This document shows, in pieces, positions 13,690 through 27,074 of a stretch of 64,000 bases of DNA. The stretch is from assembly GCA_011109175.1 (NCBI GenBank), contig RDEW01000009.1, forward strand, positions 1,105,652 to 1,169,651. The letters are read 5' to 3'. Positions within the stretch are counted from its first letter, which is position 1. Each line of letters begins with the position of its first letter. The translations under genes were made by a program, and so were the position numbers. Origin of the DNA: Dicyema japonicum (lineage: Eukaryota; Animalia; Dicyemida). Below the pieces are notes generated by a model. The model had not been told where the DNA came from. It was given only the letters and a program-made list of their open reading frames with translations, and did no database searches.

Positions 13690-14600
13690 AGGACACGAAC
13701 TAATAAATCAGGCTCGGATGTAAAGACTAAAAAATAACGCTGAACAACTTCGTTTTAATAGACGGAAAGCTCTATCCTCAAGATTCTTTGTCTAATCACA
13801 GGCTTGTAATTGCTCAACCAACACAGAGGAGATGCGGATAATTGCAGAAGAGATCCATAACGCTAACTATTGTGGACACAATACATTGAATAATTGTTTG
13901 GAAAACGATTCTGTTTTGTTAAAAAGATGTCATTTGTCAGTGGCAAGAGACTGCGATATATGGCAGTGTGCCGTGTCACTGATACAATGTGACAAAGTAA
14001 GTCATATTTTTGCGGATGTATCGAATGAAAGATTGATCTGATTGACCTAAAAAAGTATAAAATTATATTTTTTTAAGGTTTGTAATTGATAGTGATCATT
14101 TTTCTTGGTTATTAACTGTCATTGACGTTATTATGCCATCACAAGGAATCTTAGAAATAAGATTCACATTGAATTCGCTGAAAAATTAAGCGTCATTTTC
14201 ATGCATATTACAGTTTGGACATCACAGTCTGACCATGCAAATATTTACAGTCTGATAACGTGACAGAATTCAAAAATCTTCACATTTCTAATATGTGAAG
14301 AATTAAAAATTACTCAAATTCATATACGGCGAACAATTCCTCAGAGTCAGGGGATAGTTGTACGATTTAATCAGTAAAAATGATGAGTACCAGTTTAACT
14401 TTGAAAGGGTGAATTTGCAGTCTTCATTTTATAGAAGAATGAATAGGAATATGGGAGTGCATCGATCAAAATATGAGTTAGACGTTGGAGATATTGTATT
14501 CTATTTTTAATTACTAAAAGGTTCCTATTAAAAAGATTTTGGGACGAATCCTTCTCTTCGATTAAAAAAATTTGAACATCCGTATGGGGATCCAATAACT
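13690..14600 (+). mobile_element. Degenerate rve integrase (KRBA2/SCAND3-like, Ginger-type)
   Basis: HHCC-like region (EIHNANYCG..CDIWQC), IDL..WLLTVID, SDN, PQSQG..RFN; 23-nt GT-AG intron at 14055-14077. Confidence 0.7.
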
Positions 14601-15009
14601 ATTGTCGAGAAATTTTCTAACAATTTTGTAAAGTCAAAGATAGTGATGGGTTTATAAAGAAGACTCATTCACGACGACTAATTAAAATTCATGAAGAATT
14701 GAAATAATAGTTAAATATCATTTGATAATTGTTAATAATTTGGCCATAGTTAACTTTGATGCAATAGATTATTTATATTTTTGACAATGATTGACATTGA
14801 TGGATCACTCACAGCGCTCGCGACATATTGTATACCCAATCATTTGGAATGACCTTGATGTCTTGTTTACGCATTTATTGAAACAATTTTTAATTGATGC
14901 CGCAAATACCATACTTATTGCATACTAGAAGATATAGACTTCCTTACTAACTTTTAATAAAACCTTCTGTTGTTTTCATGGCAGAAATTCTTTTTGAATC
15001 TAAATTCAT

Positions 15010-15150
15010 AGGTTCTTCTAGCCAACATTGCCGTGCCTGTTCGTTGTCGGGGGCGTCTTCCGAGAGCGGTCCCTGGCTCAACGTTAATTGAGGTTTGGCT
15101 AGCTCATGGATGATGAGTGCGTCTAATAGGAGTATCGCAGCATCAATCAA
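15010..15150 (+). mobile_element. CRE-like internal fragment
   Basis: LSGRLPRAVPGST / SESGPWLN, nearly the same as the minus-strand copy at 40122-40319. Confidence 0.55.
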
Positions 15151-15689
15151 GTTGCAGAAATAGAATACTTTTAGGCTATAAATTGTGTACTAATTTAAAA
15201 AAATCTTGTTTTCTATTCATCTAGTTCTTAATTTTTTCGTAATTTTGCATTTTACCAAATGTTAATCAATATTAATAGACATATAATATTTTGTGTTAAT
15301 GTAATTATAAATATACAAGTTTTTAATTGATTATACATTTCAATCAATATTAATAAACGATTTATCAAAAGTGTTAAAATTGTTAGCAGTTTTCATGATT
15401 GACAGCCAATTCCCTTTTGTATGGAAATGACACAATCGGCCTTCTTTTTTCACTTCTTTTTGCTATCAATGATCGGACAGCATTTAAGAAAAAAAGCGAC
15501 TTGAGTCTTAGAATCCCCAATGTTAAGAAATATTTAATAACCAGCAATTATTTATAAATAATATTTCCGAAAATGTAAGTGGTTCTCACAATTTTTTGAT
15601 ATTACTTAATAGCTTTATAGAAAAATCATTAAAATTCCCACATGATAATAACTCACCTAATAGTCTAAAAATAAATAAAATAATAATAA

Positions 15690-16090
15690 CAAGTAAATTA
15701 ACTAATTAAGCGTATTTTGATCCAGATTGTTGGTAATCCCTTTTCTTCTCTTAGAAGAAGAGTGTGCCATAACCTCCCTGTTACTCCGCATCTCCACATC
15801 AGATTCAGTCAAAATATCTCCGTTAGAGTCCAGTGGGCTGTCCTCACGGCATGCCAGTTCCACAAGTTGGGAGGTAGCAGAGGCGTACTCTTCATCGTAT
15901 ACCTTAATCCCATGCTTATGTTCAATGAGCATATTTTCGAGATAACTCACCTAATAAGATTAATTTTCTTAACGACTTTTAATACGTTCTTTAGCAGGCT
16001 ACTTAGGTGAGTAAATGCCCAGTTTAGTATCTACAATATTCACTTTATCGTCATGAATAGTGTTATTTCCTTTAGTACCTGTTGTGATGT
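15690..16090 (-). CDS. Exons of an unidentified host gene
   Basis: 82-aa acidic ORF preceded by a micro-intron-like gtcg..ttattag; no recognisable domain. Confidence 0.3.
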
Positions 16091-16719
16091 GTAGGTTATA
16101 TTATCGATTAATTCGATGTAATATCTTAAAAAATAGGGCGTGTTTTTGATTGATTTGAATTGGTTTACTGAGTTTTATTTAGCACTCACATATTATTTTT
16201 AGATTAATTTTTAGCTACAAAAAACAAACTAATTTTGTATAATGCAGAAACTCCAAATAAAATGCTATATAATTAACAACTCACAAGGTTTTATGACAAA
16301 GTTTCCATCATTGCCTACATTTAGCACGGAATGGGAGTTAGTAATCGTGTCATTTTTAAGCTCTCCTTTCCTAGCCCTGCAAGCTCCTCGATCAGCATGA
16401 TAAAATTTGTTGTGCCGGGCCCAAGTACACAAGACGTCTCAACATAACATATGAGAATTAATAGTTAACCAATCATTCCCTATTCTAACTCAAAGCAGAT
16501 AGTTCTTGCCTATGTTCATCTATTTTTCCAGACAAGAAATGAATCCAATCATCTGCAAGTATGATGCTTTCTTACTTCCATAATGGTCCAATTAAGGAGA
16601 CGATAGGTTACATCCACGATGAAAAAGTTAAATGTACAGGAGCTAAGCAATAAGGAGCAATGTAATAAGTTCAACTACATGACCAATAAACCACTAGGCT
16701 AACTGGTAAGTAATATAAG

Positions 16720-17211
16720 AAGCGCCGGAAGGGGACCACGTCATGCCGCTCTGAATGATGTGATCGTCAGAGCTCTGAAGGCTTCAGGCTTCCCAGCACA
16801 GCTTGAACCAGTGAGTCTTGATAGAGGAGATGGGAAGAGACCTGACGGGATGACCCTTTTCCCTTCACGTCTGGAAGATCTTTGGTCTGGGACGCAACTT
16901 GCATAGACACGTTCTCAACAACGAACATTTTTAAATCTGTTCAGACACCTGGAGCAGCTGCTTCGACCGCGGAAAACCTAAAAATCAAAAAATATTTTTG
17001 CCTCGGGGATCGCTACCGATTTACTCCTGTTGCGACCGAATCATCGGGAGCCGTTGGTCCAATGACGGCTGAATTCTTGCAAGAACTCGGAGGATTGCTT
17101 GCCAGAAAGAAAAGGGATCAACGAGAAGGGTTATGGCTAAGACAAAAGATCGGAATAGCCATACTCCGAGGGAACTCGTTCGCAATCCACGCAGCAGGCT
17201 TCCTCAACTGA
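16720..17211 (+). mobile_element. CRE-like retrotransposon 3' end (RLE)
   Basis: RHAALNDVI..GDGKRPDG..VWDATCIDT..KY..PVATE..LRQKIGIAILRGN. Confidence 0.8.
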
Positions 17212-18639
17212 CATTTGTTTAATTGTTAAAAAAATAATAATATATTTGACTATAAAACACTTTATTGGAATAATTAAATCAACCACAGACACTTTGTTAA
17301 ACATTACAGATTATCAATTGCAAATAAAGTCTAGGGAAATAGAAATCTTAAAAATCCTAAATACTAAAACAATTTTAAAACTAATTATAACAGTGGGGAA
17401 CATTATCAAAAAGTAATATGAATTATAAAAAAATATTGTCAATTTAATGGAAATCTATCAGAGTTGGCTTGTCCTATCATTTTTGTGAGCATGTCAAATC
17501 TATGTGATTTTATAATTTATACAAATTCTGATTGTGTCACTACAAGTAAGTTTAATAAGTACATTTGGTTGTAGTCATTTGTACTGATTAAACTGCAATG
17601 ATAAATATAAATACTCGTTGTCATTAAAGTCAGTTGGATTGTTAAATGAGGATTCATTCTTTTCTAAGAATTGGTCCTTCAAAATTATAAGGTAAAATAC
17701 AATTTGTTTTCTGTTCATTTAATTTATATTTTTTCCGAGTATTTATTTAAAAAAACCGCACATAATTTTTTTGTTTTAAATAATTTATATATTTAACCGC
17801 ACTTTTATTGATTTATACATTTTAATAAATGTAGCAAACCCATTAATCCGAACTTCAATAATCGGAATTTTTTGCTTAGTCAACTAAATTTTACCAAGAT
17901 TCTACACAAACAGGCTTCAATAAACCGAAATTTCATAATCCGCAATCCGAAAGACAGGAAGGCTTGCTTCGAATATGCGACCCCCGCGAAGGACTCTGGT
18001 TGAGGCTCGATATGACAGTTACCAGTGGGTATGCCTTCGCAATCCTGGACTCTTTACTAAAAATCTTAATTTATTTTAATATTTTTTCAAAAAATGAAAA
18101 TTTTTAAGAGCTATATTTTAAAATGTTATATTTGTGGTTTATAAATGCAATAATGCTTTTTAAGTGCTATATTTCAAATTTTAACTGCTATAAAAAATTG
18201 CTCTAGTTATTGATGATTTAGTGATGGGTAAGAATTAATTTTATTCTAAAGCATTGGTGCAGATCCAAGGTAAATGAGCTGTTTGATGAGATTGATTAGT
18301 GGAGAATCTCATTCGACAGAGTTTTAGATGCTGAATGGTTTTCTCGCATTTGAATTCCATTTTTCTGCATTTTTATGTAGACGAAGTCTCCGAGAGATTA
18401 TGAAGATGATCTTGGCCCAATGACCATGAGTGAGTTGGCGTAGTTAATATATGAATGTTGGCAATGGGGAAGAAAGTTTGCTTTTTTACTTGTCCTGATC
18501 AAGTTGTGTTTGTTCCGAGATATTTTTCTTAAGGAAATAATTACCGCATGTTCTTTAATGCGGACGTCAAAAAAACTATGTATTACATCTTCTGAGTCTC
18601 CTAATGATGATCCTAGCTTGTTCATGCATCATCTGATTT

Positions 18640-18871
18640 AGTAATTGATCTTGTTCATGCATCATCCATGGACATTGAGAATTATGGTTATTGCTATCCC
18701 TTTGGGAAGAGAAGACTTGGACGACCAAGGACTCGGTGGCTATCCACGGTGGAAGAGGTCACGGAAATGCCTATATCAAGGCTACTCCAAATTGCAACAG
18801 ATCGGGGAGAGTGGAGGAAACTCGTTCATGAAATCTCCAAGGGTCGGTCACGACTAAATTGGACAACATAA
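18640..18871 (+). mobile_element. RTE LINE 3' end
   Basis: GKRRLGRPRTRWLSTVEE..ATDRGEWRKLVHEI. Confidence 0.7.
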
Positions 18872-18889
18872 CATATAGCTATCCCCAAC

Positions 18890-19760
18890 TCTGGCATGCC
18901 ATGTTTTAATAGCTCGGCTGATACGTTATCCAGTCCTTTGGATCTTCCGTTATTAGTGTTTGTGATTACCTTCTTAGTTTATTCAATTTTAGTGCCAAGC
19001 TGGTATCTTTCTCAATTCTCCAAAAATTCGTACCATATTTGTTGAATTGATCGTATAATTTTGGATATCAATTTCTGGGTCATTCCATCGTTGTCATGTC
19101 ATTTCGTATTTTTCCACGGTGAGGACTGGGTAGTTTTGAACATCTTGGTGCCATTTTTATACTTTTCTATTTCTTAAAAAGCTGTAATGTCCTCTTCCTC
19201 GCTGTGACTTTTTGTAGCATCTTTATTTTTAAATTAAAGTTTCTTTTTGTTTTCAGAGCTCTTGTCCAAAGATTTGGAGTTCTCAATCCTTAAGATATTT
19301 TTGTTTGGAGGGTGGTTTTTTTTGTTTTTTGAATGTTCCTATCACTTCTTTTGCGGTCATTTTGACCTTTTTTGATGTTTCGTCATAAAAAGTTTATCGG
19401 TAGCTCGTTAAGTATATTATCGAGATTCTTCTCATGATGTTGAATTCTGAACTTTTAGTATCATTATCAACCAGTTTCTCGGCATTATATCTCTCAAAAC
19501 TGTAGTTCTTCTGGTGGATCCAATAATGACAAAGTTGATTTTCAGTAGAAAACAGGCAGCCACCAATTTGTGGTCTTTTCTGGAAGGTATGAGTAGAAGC
19601 CAGGTATCCACAATTCGAGGTGTACTGAGTGTAGATCAGACTGCATTTCTAATAATTCCGTCTGCTTCGACAGCATCAGAGGTGATTGTAAAACATTCCT
19701 TTTGCTGTGTCATCTTAGCCTTCAATTCTTGAGTCTCGAAACACGCACTAAGCGCTCGTA
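18890..19760 (-). mobile_element. LINE (RTE-like) fragment preceding the RT domain
   Basis: NGRSKGLDNVSAELLKHG is the motif at the start of the RT region. Confidence 0.45.
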
Positions 19761-20039
19761 TTTATTGATTATTAGTTTCATAATGGCTTTTTAAGTGTAC
19801 TCTTTTGGTGTTCTGTTATTGCAAACTAAACAATATATCTTTGCACTATCATTGTACAAAATTACTGTAGTTCACATTTTTCTTGAAATATCTGTCTTCT
19901 CAAGTTTCCTTTTAAATGTCGAAGATGCCATTCTAAATGGGGTCACTGCGTAGTGTTATATAAAGAAATATAATAACCGATTTCAAATTATTGCCAGTAA
20001 ATGAAACAATTTCATGTTATGAACGTAAGCGTCCTGTTC

Positions 20040-20274
20040 TCAACCAAACACGTGGAAGCATGCACCTTGTAAGACAGTATCGTTGTTCTGGGAACGTTCG
20101 TAAAGATTAAAGCGAACGAACGTCATTTGACCGCGTAGAACCATCACAACCGCTACCTGTCAATTTGATGCCATCCACTGTTTTTTTGGTGGTCTCATTT
20201 TAATGACGTGGTAAGACCCAAAGTCGTCGACTGTATAACAATCTTTTGTGTGGGCAGCATGTTTGACATGTCTG
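20040..20274 (-). mobile_element. hAT left end, same family as 34379-35053
   Basis: TIR cagacatgtcaaacatgc; internal sequence is the reverse complement of ~34590-34650. Confidence 0.7.
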
Positions 20275-21277
20275 ATATAATTGTTACACCTGAGTGTGAT
20301 CTTTACTAAATATTTAAAAGATAAAAAAAGGAAATTTTTAAGAATCTTGGATAATTTGCCTTAAATTCACAGTTTAAAGATAATCCATCTGACGCTCCAC
20401 AATTCCGTGACCGAGCAAAGTTAACCCTACTAATGCTCCTGGACGGGGATTCACTCAGAAAGAAGACTTTGATAGAATACAGGAGCTGGCTTGCACCAGG
20501 AAAAGTGAAGGAGGAGAACCTACCATAGGGAAAGTATTAATGAACTCCTATAAAGCAATTCTTGGTGATTATTAGTGACAAACATGTGATTAACCACATT
20601 GAAAGAGATGGTAAATTAAACAACATCTATGGTGATGGATTCTAATTTATTACGAATATTACTTAATTGGTTTTGTATTTGTCTTTTATAAATCAATATA
20701 AAATCGTAGGAACATACCCTTTAATACAATAATTTTTACGACAGTAATGTAGGTTATTGTAGTATGTCGAGAGCACACCAGAATTTTAAAACTAAAATTA
20801 TGGCGACCATTTTATAGGACCCAAGAACAACAACCAAGAAAAAGATATCGTTGACTACAAAAATATTCAATAATAAAAGTTAATATAATTTAGAGCGTAA
20901 TATAACTTAAATAGAAAGATAATAAGTATATTATAAGAAATAAATAAACATAGTTAGAACATTATCATAAATCTCGCTTGAAACTACATCCCTGATAGAG
21001 ACTGATTCCCAATGCGGCCTTCGGCCGCTGTTCTTCAAATAGGCACTAATTCCCTATGCGGTTGCAGATTCTTCGATCAATGTCATTAAGCTCTTTGTCT
21101 TCTTTTATTTTTTTGAAATAAAACCCATTTTATTTGATAAAAAAATTAATTTCCTTTATTTATCTCATTTTTTAAGTCTTTTTTATGAACTTTATATCCT
21201 GATCCATCCTCATGTTCTACGATAACAAGATTAATTGATAATTTTTCTTTAATTGTTACTTCATATTTCCATTTGAG

Positions 21278-21613
21278 GCCGGGAAACCACTGGTTTTGGA
21301 TGTGACATGTACAGACACGTTCGCCCAGAAAAATCTTCACGAGAGTGCTACAAGGGCCTGTTCAGCATCCGTAAAGGCGGAGAAGGCCAAACTCGTTAAA
21401 TCCGTCGACCTTCCCGATGATGTCAAATTTGTTCCCCTTGCTATGGAGACTTCCGGATCCTACTCCCCCTCTACACTCGAGTTTTTCGGACGTCTTGGAA
21501 ACCGGATCACCTCATGCACTGAAGATCTCCGTGAACGCCGCTGGCTATTTGAGCGAATTTCGCTAGCAATTTTAAGAGGGAACAGCCACGCAGTGAGGGC
21601 GGCAACTACCTGA
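21278..21613 (+). mobile_element. CRE-like retrotransposon 3' end
   Basis: DVTCTDTFA..FVPLAMETSG..WLFERISLAILRGNS. Confidence 0.8.
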
Positions 21614-22473
21614 CTTCTATTGTTTAAATAAATTTGATTAATAAAAAAAATTGTTACTTTATCAGAATATAGACTTTCAAATTTGTCCAATTTCAGCGAT
21701 GAATTAGTACCACAATCTTTAAGAATTTTATCCTATAAATTAATATTCCATTAAACTTTATCTCCAATCTGAAATTCATATTTCGAAGTATGCACAGACA
21801 TTTTTTATCCATTCTTCGATAATATTACTATCTTATTCACATGTTGAAATTTAAATTTATCTATAAATTAAATAAAATTTTAAAACAAGTCTGTCTTCCT
21901 CATCAAAATTGGATGAATAAGGAGTAAATTCCTCAACACATTATACCTATCAGTGAAGGTACCTTTGTGTTTGAAACCAGAAATTCCTCGATATCTCGGT
22001 GTTTCATCTTTACTTTTATATAATTTCAAATACCAGTTGACGAATGCAGTGATAAATTATACCAGTAAACTGCTTCGATAGGTACTCAGTCCAATTCATA
22101 AAGATCCATCGAGTAGTATAAATTATTCTGCTTTTTTGCTGAGTTTTCGTTTTTTAAAGCGATCAATGTCATTAAGCTCTTTGCTTTCCTTTTTTATATC
22201 TCAATATACCTTCAAGAATATTTTTAATTTGGCTATAAGCAGAGACGTCTTTAATGTAGCATTTAGGATCATTCACTGAACTAGACATAACATGAGGATG
22301 ATGCATGTAATAATTTATTTAATTACGGTTATCCGTATAAAAAATTAATTAATTATAAATATTAAAAAAATTTCCAAATATTCGAGAGATTAGAAATATA
22401 TATAAATTTTTAAAATATACGATATGTGTGCTTCGCGCTCGCGACATAGTATTATATTGAAAGGATAAACCAT

Positions 22474-25400
22474 ATGACTGAGTGTGACTTTAAAATCAAA
22501 TTAAAAATCCTTAAGAGTTCTTTGATAACATTCATTGTTAAATTTCGATGCAACGATTTTACAAAAACGGAAAATTTTTACTGGTAATTTTGTTGGTGAA
22601 TTAAGAAAATGTGAAATTTGACTATTTTAAGAGAGCAGTCAACTCCATCTTTCAAGACGATTTAAACAATCGGGCTGTTTGGAGCTGTTTCTTAAAGATT
22701 TGCGCAAAATCCGAGTGTGAAATCGACTGGACTGAGGTTGTCGGGTAAACTTTATCAGATTTTTAAAAATTTTGAAAACGATTCAATAGCCCTCGACAAA
22801 TTTGACACGGGGGAGATCAACGTGGTCTCAAGCAAGGCTGTTTTCGGTTAAGGGAGGTTTAACGAATTAGAAAAAAGTATAAGCGATTATGTAAGTCACA
22901 TAAAATTCATAAATCAAATCGATAACTATGCCAGTGCATCGATTCAGGGAGTAATCTGCATTTGGAACAAAAAAGTATAATTTTACTAAAGTTTAGTTTC
23001 GACGAGTGATATTTTGGAAACAAGTGTTTACGTTTATTAAACAGATTAGAGTAAATACTGGGCTATTGAATTGGATTACGCGAAAGTGGCCAAAAGATTG
23101 GTCCTCGTAAATGAAAACGAAATCATAATTTGGGACTGCAAAACCTCAGGGAAGCAGAAAGTCTATAAAAATAATATTTTAGAATTATAATATTCTCACG
23201 TGCACAAACAAACGAATACGGCGGCCCTAGTCCACAATGTCGTTGATAGCTTTGATACCATATTTTTGGGGATATGACCGGCCATATTAGTTTCCTGAAA
23301 TATGAGCAGTCCCTACTTAGTGGACAGGCAGAAATGCGCAAAAATTCTTCAATTTTGATTTATAATGTTTGTAATTTGTCAAGTAATCGTCAATTTCATT
23401 TGCCAGAAATTATTACCACATTCACAGTAGTCCCGTCGACAATGTAGGCTCATAGTTATAATTAGATCCTATGCGATAGCAGAACAAAGATGCTAGTATC
23501 CACGTGCACTATATTGGACAAATTTCAACATCCATAATTTCTGATAGCCACATTCTAACGTATTTCTTAGATATTGTACTTTAGGCCTAAAAATACTGTA
23601 TATAAGGATATTCGTTGTATTGAGGTTAACAGTGGACTCCATTGGATGCAAAGACAAAATTATTCGCATTTTTAATTCAGAATTTAAACACCAAGCAAAG
23701 TTGCACGTGGTTTTATTATAGACAAACTATTTGGTCACAAAACTTTAATTATTGACTTGAAGTGCTGTAATAAAAGTCTCGCAAGTCGTTCGACGGAGGG
23801 ATTCATTTATATTTGGGATTTGTCGTCGTATACTTTCGTTGAGGTTACAAATGGTGTAACACTTCCAGCAAATTAAGGCCAAAACGTTTGGATTTCTGCA
23901 TTGTGTGTGTCTCACAGAGTCAGAAGTCATCGCCGGTTTTGTCATCATTAATTCAAGGATCTACAAAACTTCTATACTGGAAAGCCAATAAATTGTGTTC
24001 TATCGAGACCATCCGGTGTGGTCCTCGGTAGTCCACGGAATCGAGGAGTGTCAGAGGCGAAGAAGTCCTCTATGGCCGCATTAGCTGGGGTACATAGGTC
24101 CATTTTCAAAAAGTGTCCAAAGAGCCTTTACACAATACTACAATCACATCAGTTTCAGATAATTGATGTATGTATAAAGTGACTGTAGATGATTTTCGAC
24201 ACGAGGACCAATCAACTGCTTTCATACGATCGGGATTCTCACATTAACGTAAGAATTTTGATTTACAAGATTTGGGATGTTGTGAACATGGAAAAGACCA
24301 ATGAAATCCATATTGGCAACTCCAATCTCATATCAGCCTACAGTTTGACCCAAGCACTTTCTGTGTGACATTTGGCTATCAAAATGGTTTTAATTTTGTT
24401 TTATCATCAGGAACTCTTGAAATGTGGGATTTGGGATTGAAATCCAAGATCAAAGAACTCTCCTAACAATAAAATCTCACAGAAAATATTGGGGATAAAA
24501 TCATATCTAATAAAAAATGTCCCCACTATTTTGACTTTCAACGAAAATAAGTCCATCCAATTTTTGAATGTACTTTCTTAAACACAGTTTGGTAGAACAA
24601 CCAAAATTCTCTCGATTTACTACTACTAAAGTCACATCAGCTGAGCAATTCCACTGAAAAGCCAACAAATGCGATTTTTGCTAGAAAATATATTACAGTT
24701 GGGTTAACCAACAGTGAAATTGAAATATACAGTTTGAACCTCCTCGAGAAAGTCCGCAATATGTAAGCATTAGGGTTGAATACAGCAAATCATTTTCCAC
24801 ATCAAAAATGTCAAAACTCCTGCTCGTTGAAAATGTGTATCAGTTTGGTTTAAAAATGTAATTTCTAGTAGATCCCAAAGTATTCCACCAATCAAACTGG
24901 GATCTGTTTTAAAATTTGAATTTTAGATTATACATAAACGAAGGGAATCCATTGAGATTATTCCAGAAACTTTTGATTTTTCTGTAGTTATTGCCCAAAC
25001 GGAAGTATTACTTTTTATGTCACGGTAGTGTTCTCCGTTATATAGAAAAACGAAACATTAGATATAACCCCAAATTTGAATAAAATAACGTGTGTAACCA
25101 GTCTGGCTTATTGCCCTCGTCTATGCATTCTGTTAGTTGGGAATAAAGGTAATCGTAAAACCTCCCAGTAGATGGTTATATAATCAAACTGAGGGTTAAT
25201 TTGCTTGCAGATATAATCATTGATGATATTGAGTGGGAGTACTGGCAATGTCACAGGGGGGATTAATTCTATTAAGATTATTAATGATATCTTTATTACA
25301 TGCAGTGATGGTGGATCAATTAGGTTGATTATTCAATAAGTGGAGACTGTGGAATATTATTAGCAACAAATTTGTCCAGTTACTCTCAAATAATCAAGCG

Positions 25401-25795
25401 TTTGTCAAAATAGATAAAGACGAAAAGTTTGTGGCGGAGGAAATTCCCGATATAGTATTTGCATGATAATTTGCAGAATGCGGAAAAACACCAGAAAACC
25501 CAAATCACGGTCAAAGTTGGGAATCCCGTTGAGTAATAATTTACATTTCAGAAAAAATATATCAAAAATTGAGCAGATTGAATTGCCTAAAATCCTAAAT
25601 AGCAAATACTTCAAAAAATCAGAGTTTATGTGCAACAGTGGAAGTGAATCGAAAATAACTAAAAAAGTGGAATATGAAAGTGTTTTCAGTTCTCTAAGAC
25701 TTCAAAAGGTTTAAAGTAATATTATTTAGATTAATTCTATATCATCGGCTAAGAAAATGATAAAACGATTTAACAAACAATCTCAAACAAATTAA
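22474..25795 (+). CDS. Multi-exon WD40-repeat protein with N-terminal EF-hand-like motif (WDR49/WDR64-like); boundaries approximate
   Basis: LFLKICAKSECEIDWTE; WD ends IIIWDC, IWDV, LEMWDL, ICIWN; many 21-25 nt GT-AG introns; several indels. Confidence 0.5.
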
Positions 25796-26177
25796 TTTTT
25801 AACATTAATATTTTGTCTCTATAGGCTTATAAATATTAATTCCCTTATCATTACTCAGACTCGTTCATTTCCCCCCAATTTGACTCACATGGCATTAGAA
25901 CTAAGACGTGGGTACATCCTTACGAAAGTTCGTGTATCCAGTGTCTCTAAAATCCCAAAGAAGGACGAGAGAGCATGAAGAGTACTCAAGTTTCTGGAAC
26001 TCCATATTTTTAAGAAAGAGTGTTTATATGTGTTTTTGATGTTTCATTATTTTTGTAATAAAATTTAATTCAATTATCCTTATAACAAATAAATCGATTA
26101 TTTATTAAAAAATGTACTTAATATTCTTAAAGGTTATAATTTTCATTCAAGTCAATCTGGGGATTATTACTGTTTAA

Positions 26178-26372
26178 ATGACGGAGCGGTGGTCTTGTGG
26201 GAGACAAAGATCCGGACCGACTACTCTGGAGGCCCTCATTAAACAAAATTCCGGCATGTGGGAAGGTGGCCCTGCAAATACAGTCAGCCGCCCTGTATGA
26301 GCTTGTGTGGGTACGAGGGAGGAGCACCGGGAAAGAATGAGGATTTTGGCGGAGCGCATCGGGATCACGTGA
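26178..26372 (+). pseudogene. 65-codon orphan small protein with one internal TGA; paralog of 55755-55997
   Basis: Ends VGTREEHRERMRILAERIGIT*, versus VGSREEHRERMMQLLKETGIT*; in-frame TGA at 26298-26300. Confidence 0.6.
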
Positions 26373-26559
26373 TAGTTAGTTTTGGTTTTACCGTGGTCTT
26401 GGGTGTTAAATAAAATAAAAAATAAATTAATTAAATATTTACTAGTCACGTGTCTTTATCAAGACTATTGACTAATATCTTAACTGTAACTCAACGGTTT
26501 TCAACTTTTTTTCTGTGGACCCTTATATACAAATTATTATTAAGAAACAATCAATCTGA

Positions 26560-26700
26560 GTCACAGTAGCCGCCCTGAGCCTGGCTATTCCCTCTCATGA
26601 TGGTAAATGAGATTCCTTAGACGACCCAAGAGCGCTCTCTGAGATTTCATGTGCTTGTAGAAATCCAATTCCCTAAACGATCCAGGAATTCGAGCGTTGG
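26560..26700 (-). mobile_element. CRE-like extreme 3' fragment
   Basis: TLEFLDRLGNWIST..LRERSW..ISFTIMRGNS. Confidence 0.65.
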
Positions 26701-27074
26701 AGTGTAATTATAAGCTATAAATGTGAATCTTATTCTCAAAAGGCAACAATAGTGCGTAACTCATTTGTATATAAATTCTCTTGTATTAATTTAAAATTTT
26801 ATTTTTAAAATACAAAATTAATTTGACTTTTAAGATTTGTGATGTTTGGAATGAACCTTAGAGATATTTTATTATTCGAGAGATGAACCGTTTTAAATTT
26901 AGTCATAAAGACAACAGGTTTTACTAGTTCACCATAGGAGTGAGGCGTTTTATTTTTCGGAATTGTATAGGCAACCTATTTTGCAATAAAAACAAATAAC
27001 TCTATAAGAGTAGACCTTTTCTTTGAAACCTTGACAGTGACGAAGTGATCATGACAGTGTTCCCAGTAGATTAC

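Noticed and set aside
26298-26300. In-frame TGA as selenocysteine
   Set aside because: The paralog has Arg at the aligned position (CGA>TGA decay is simpler) and no SECIS-like element is visible downstream.
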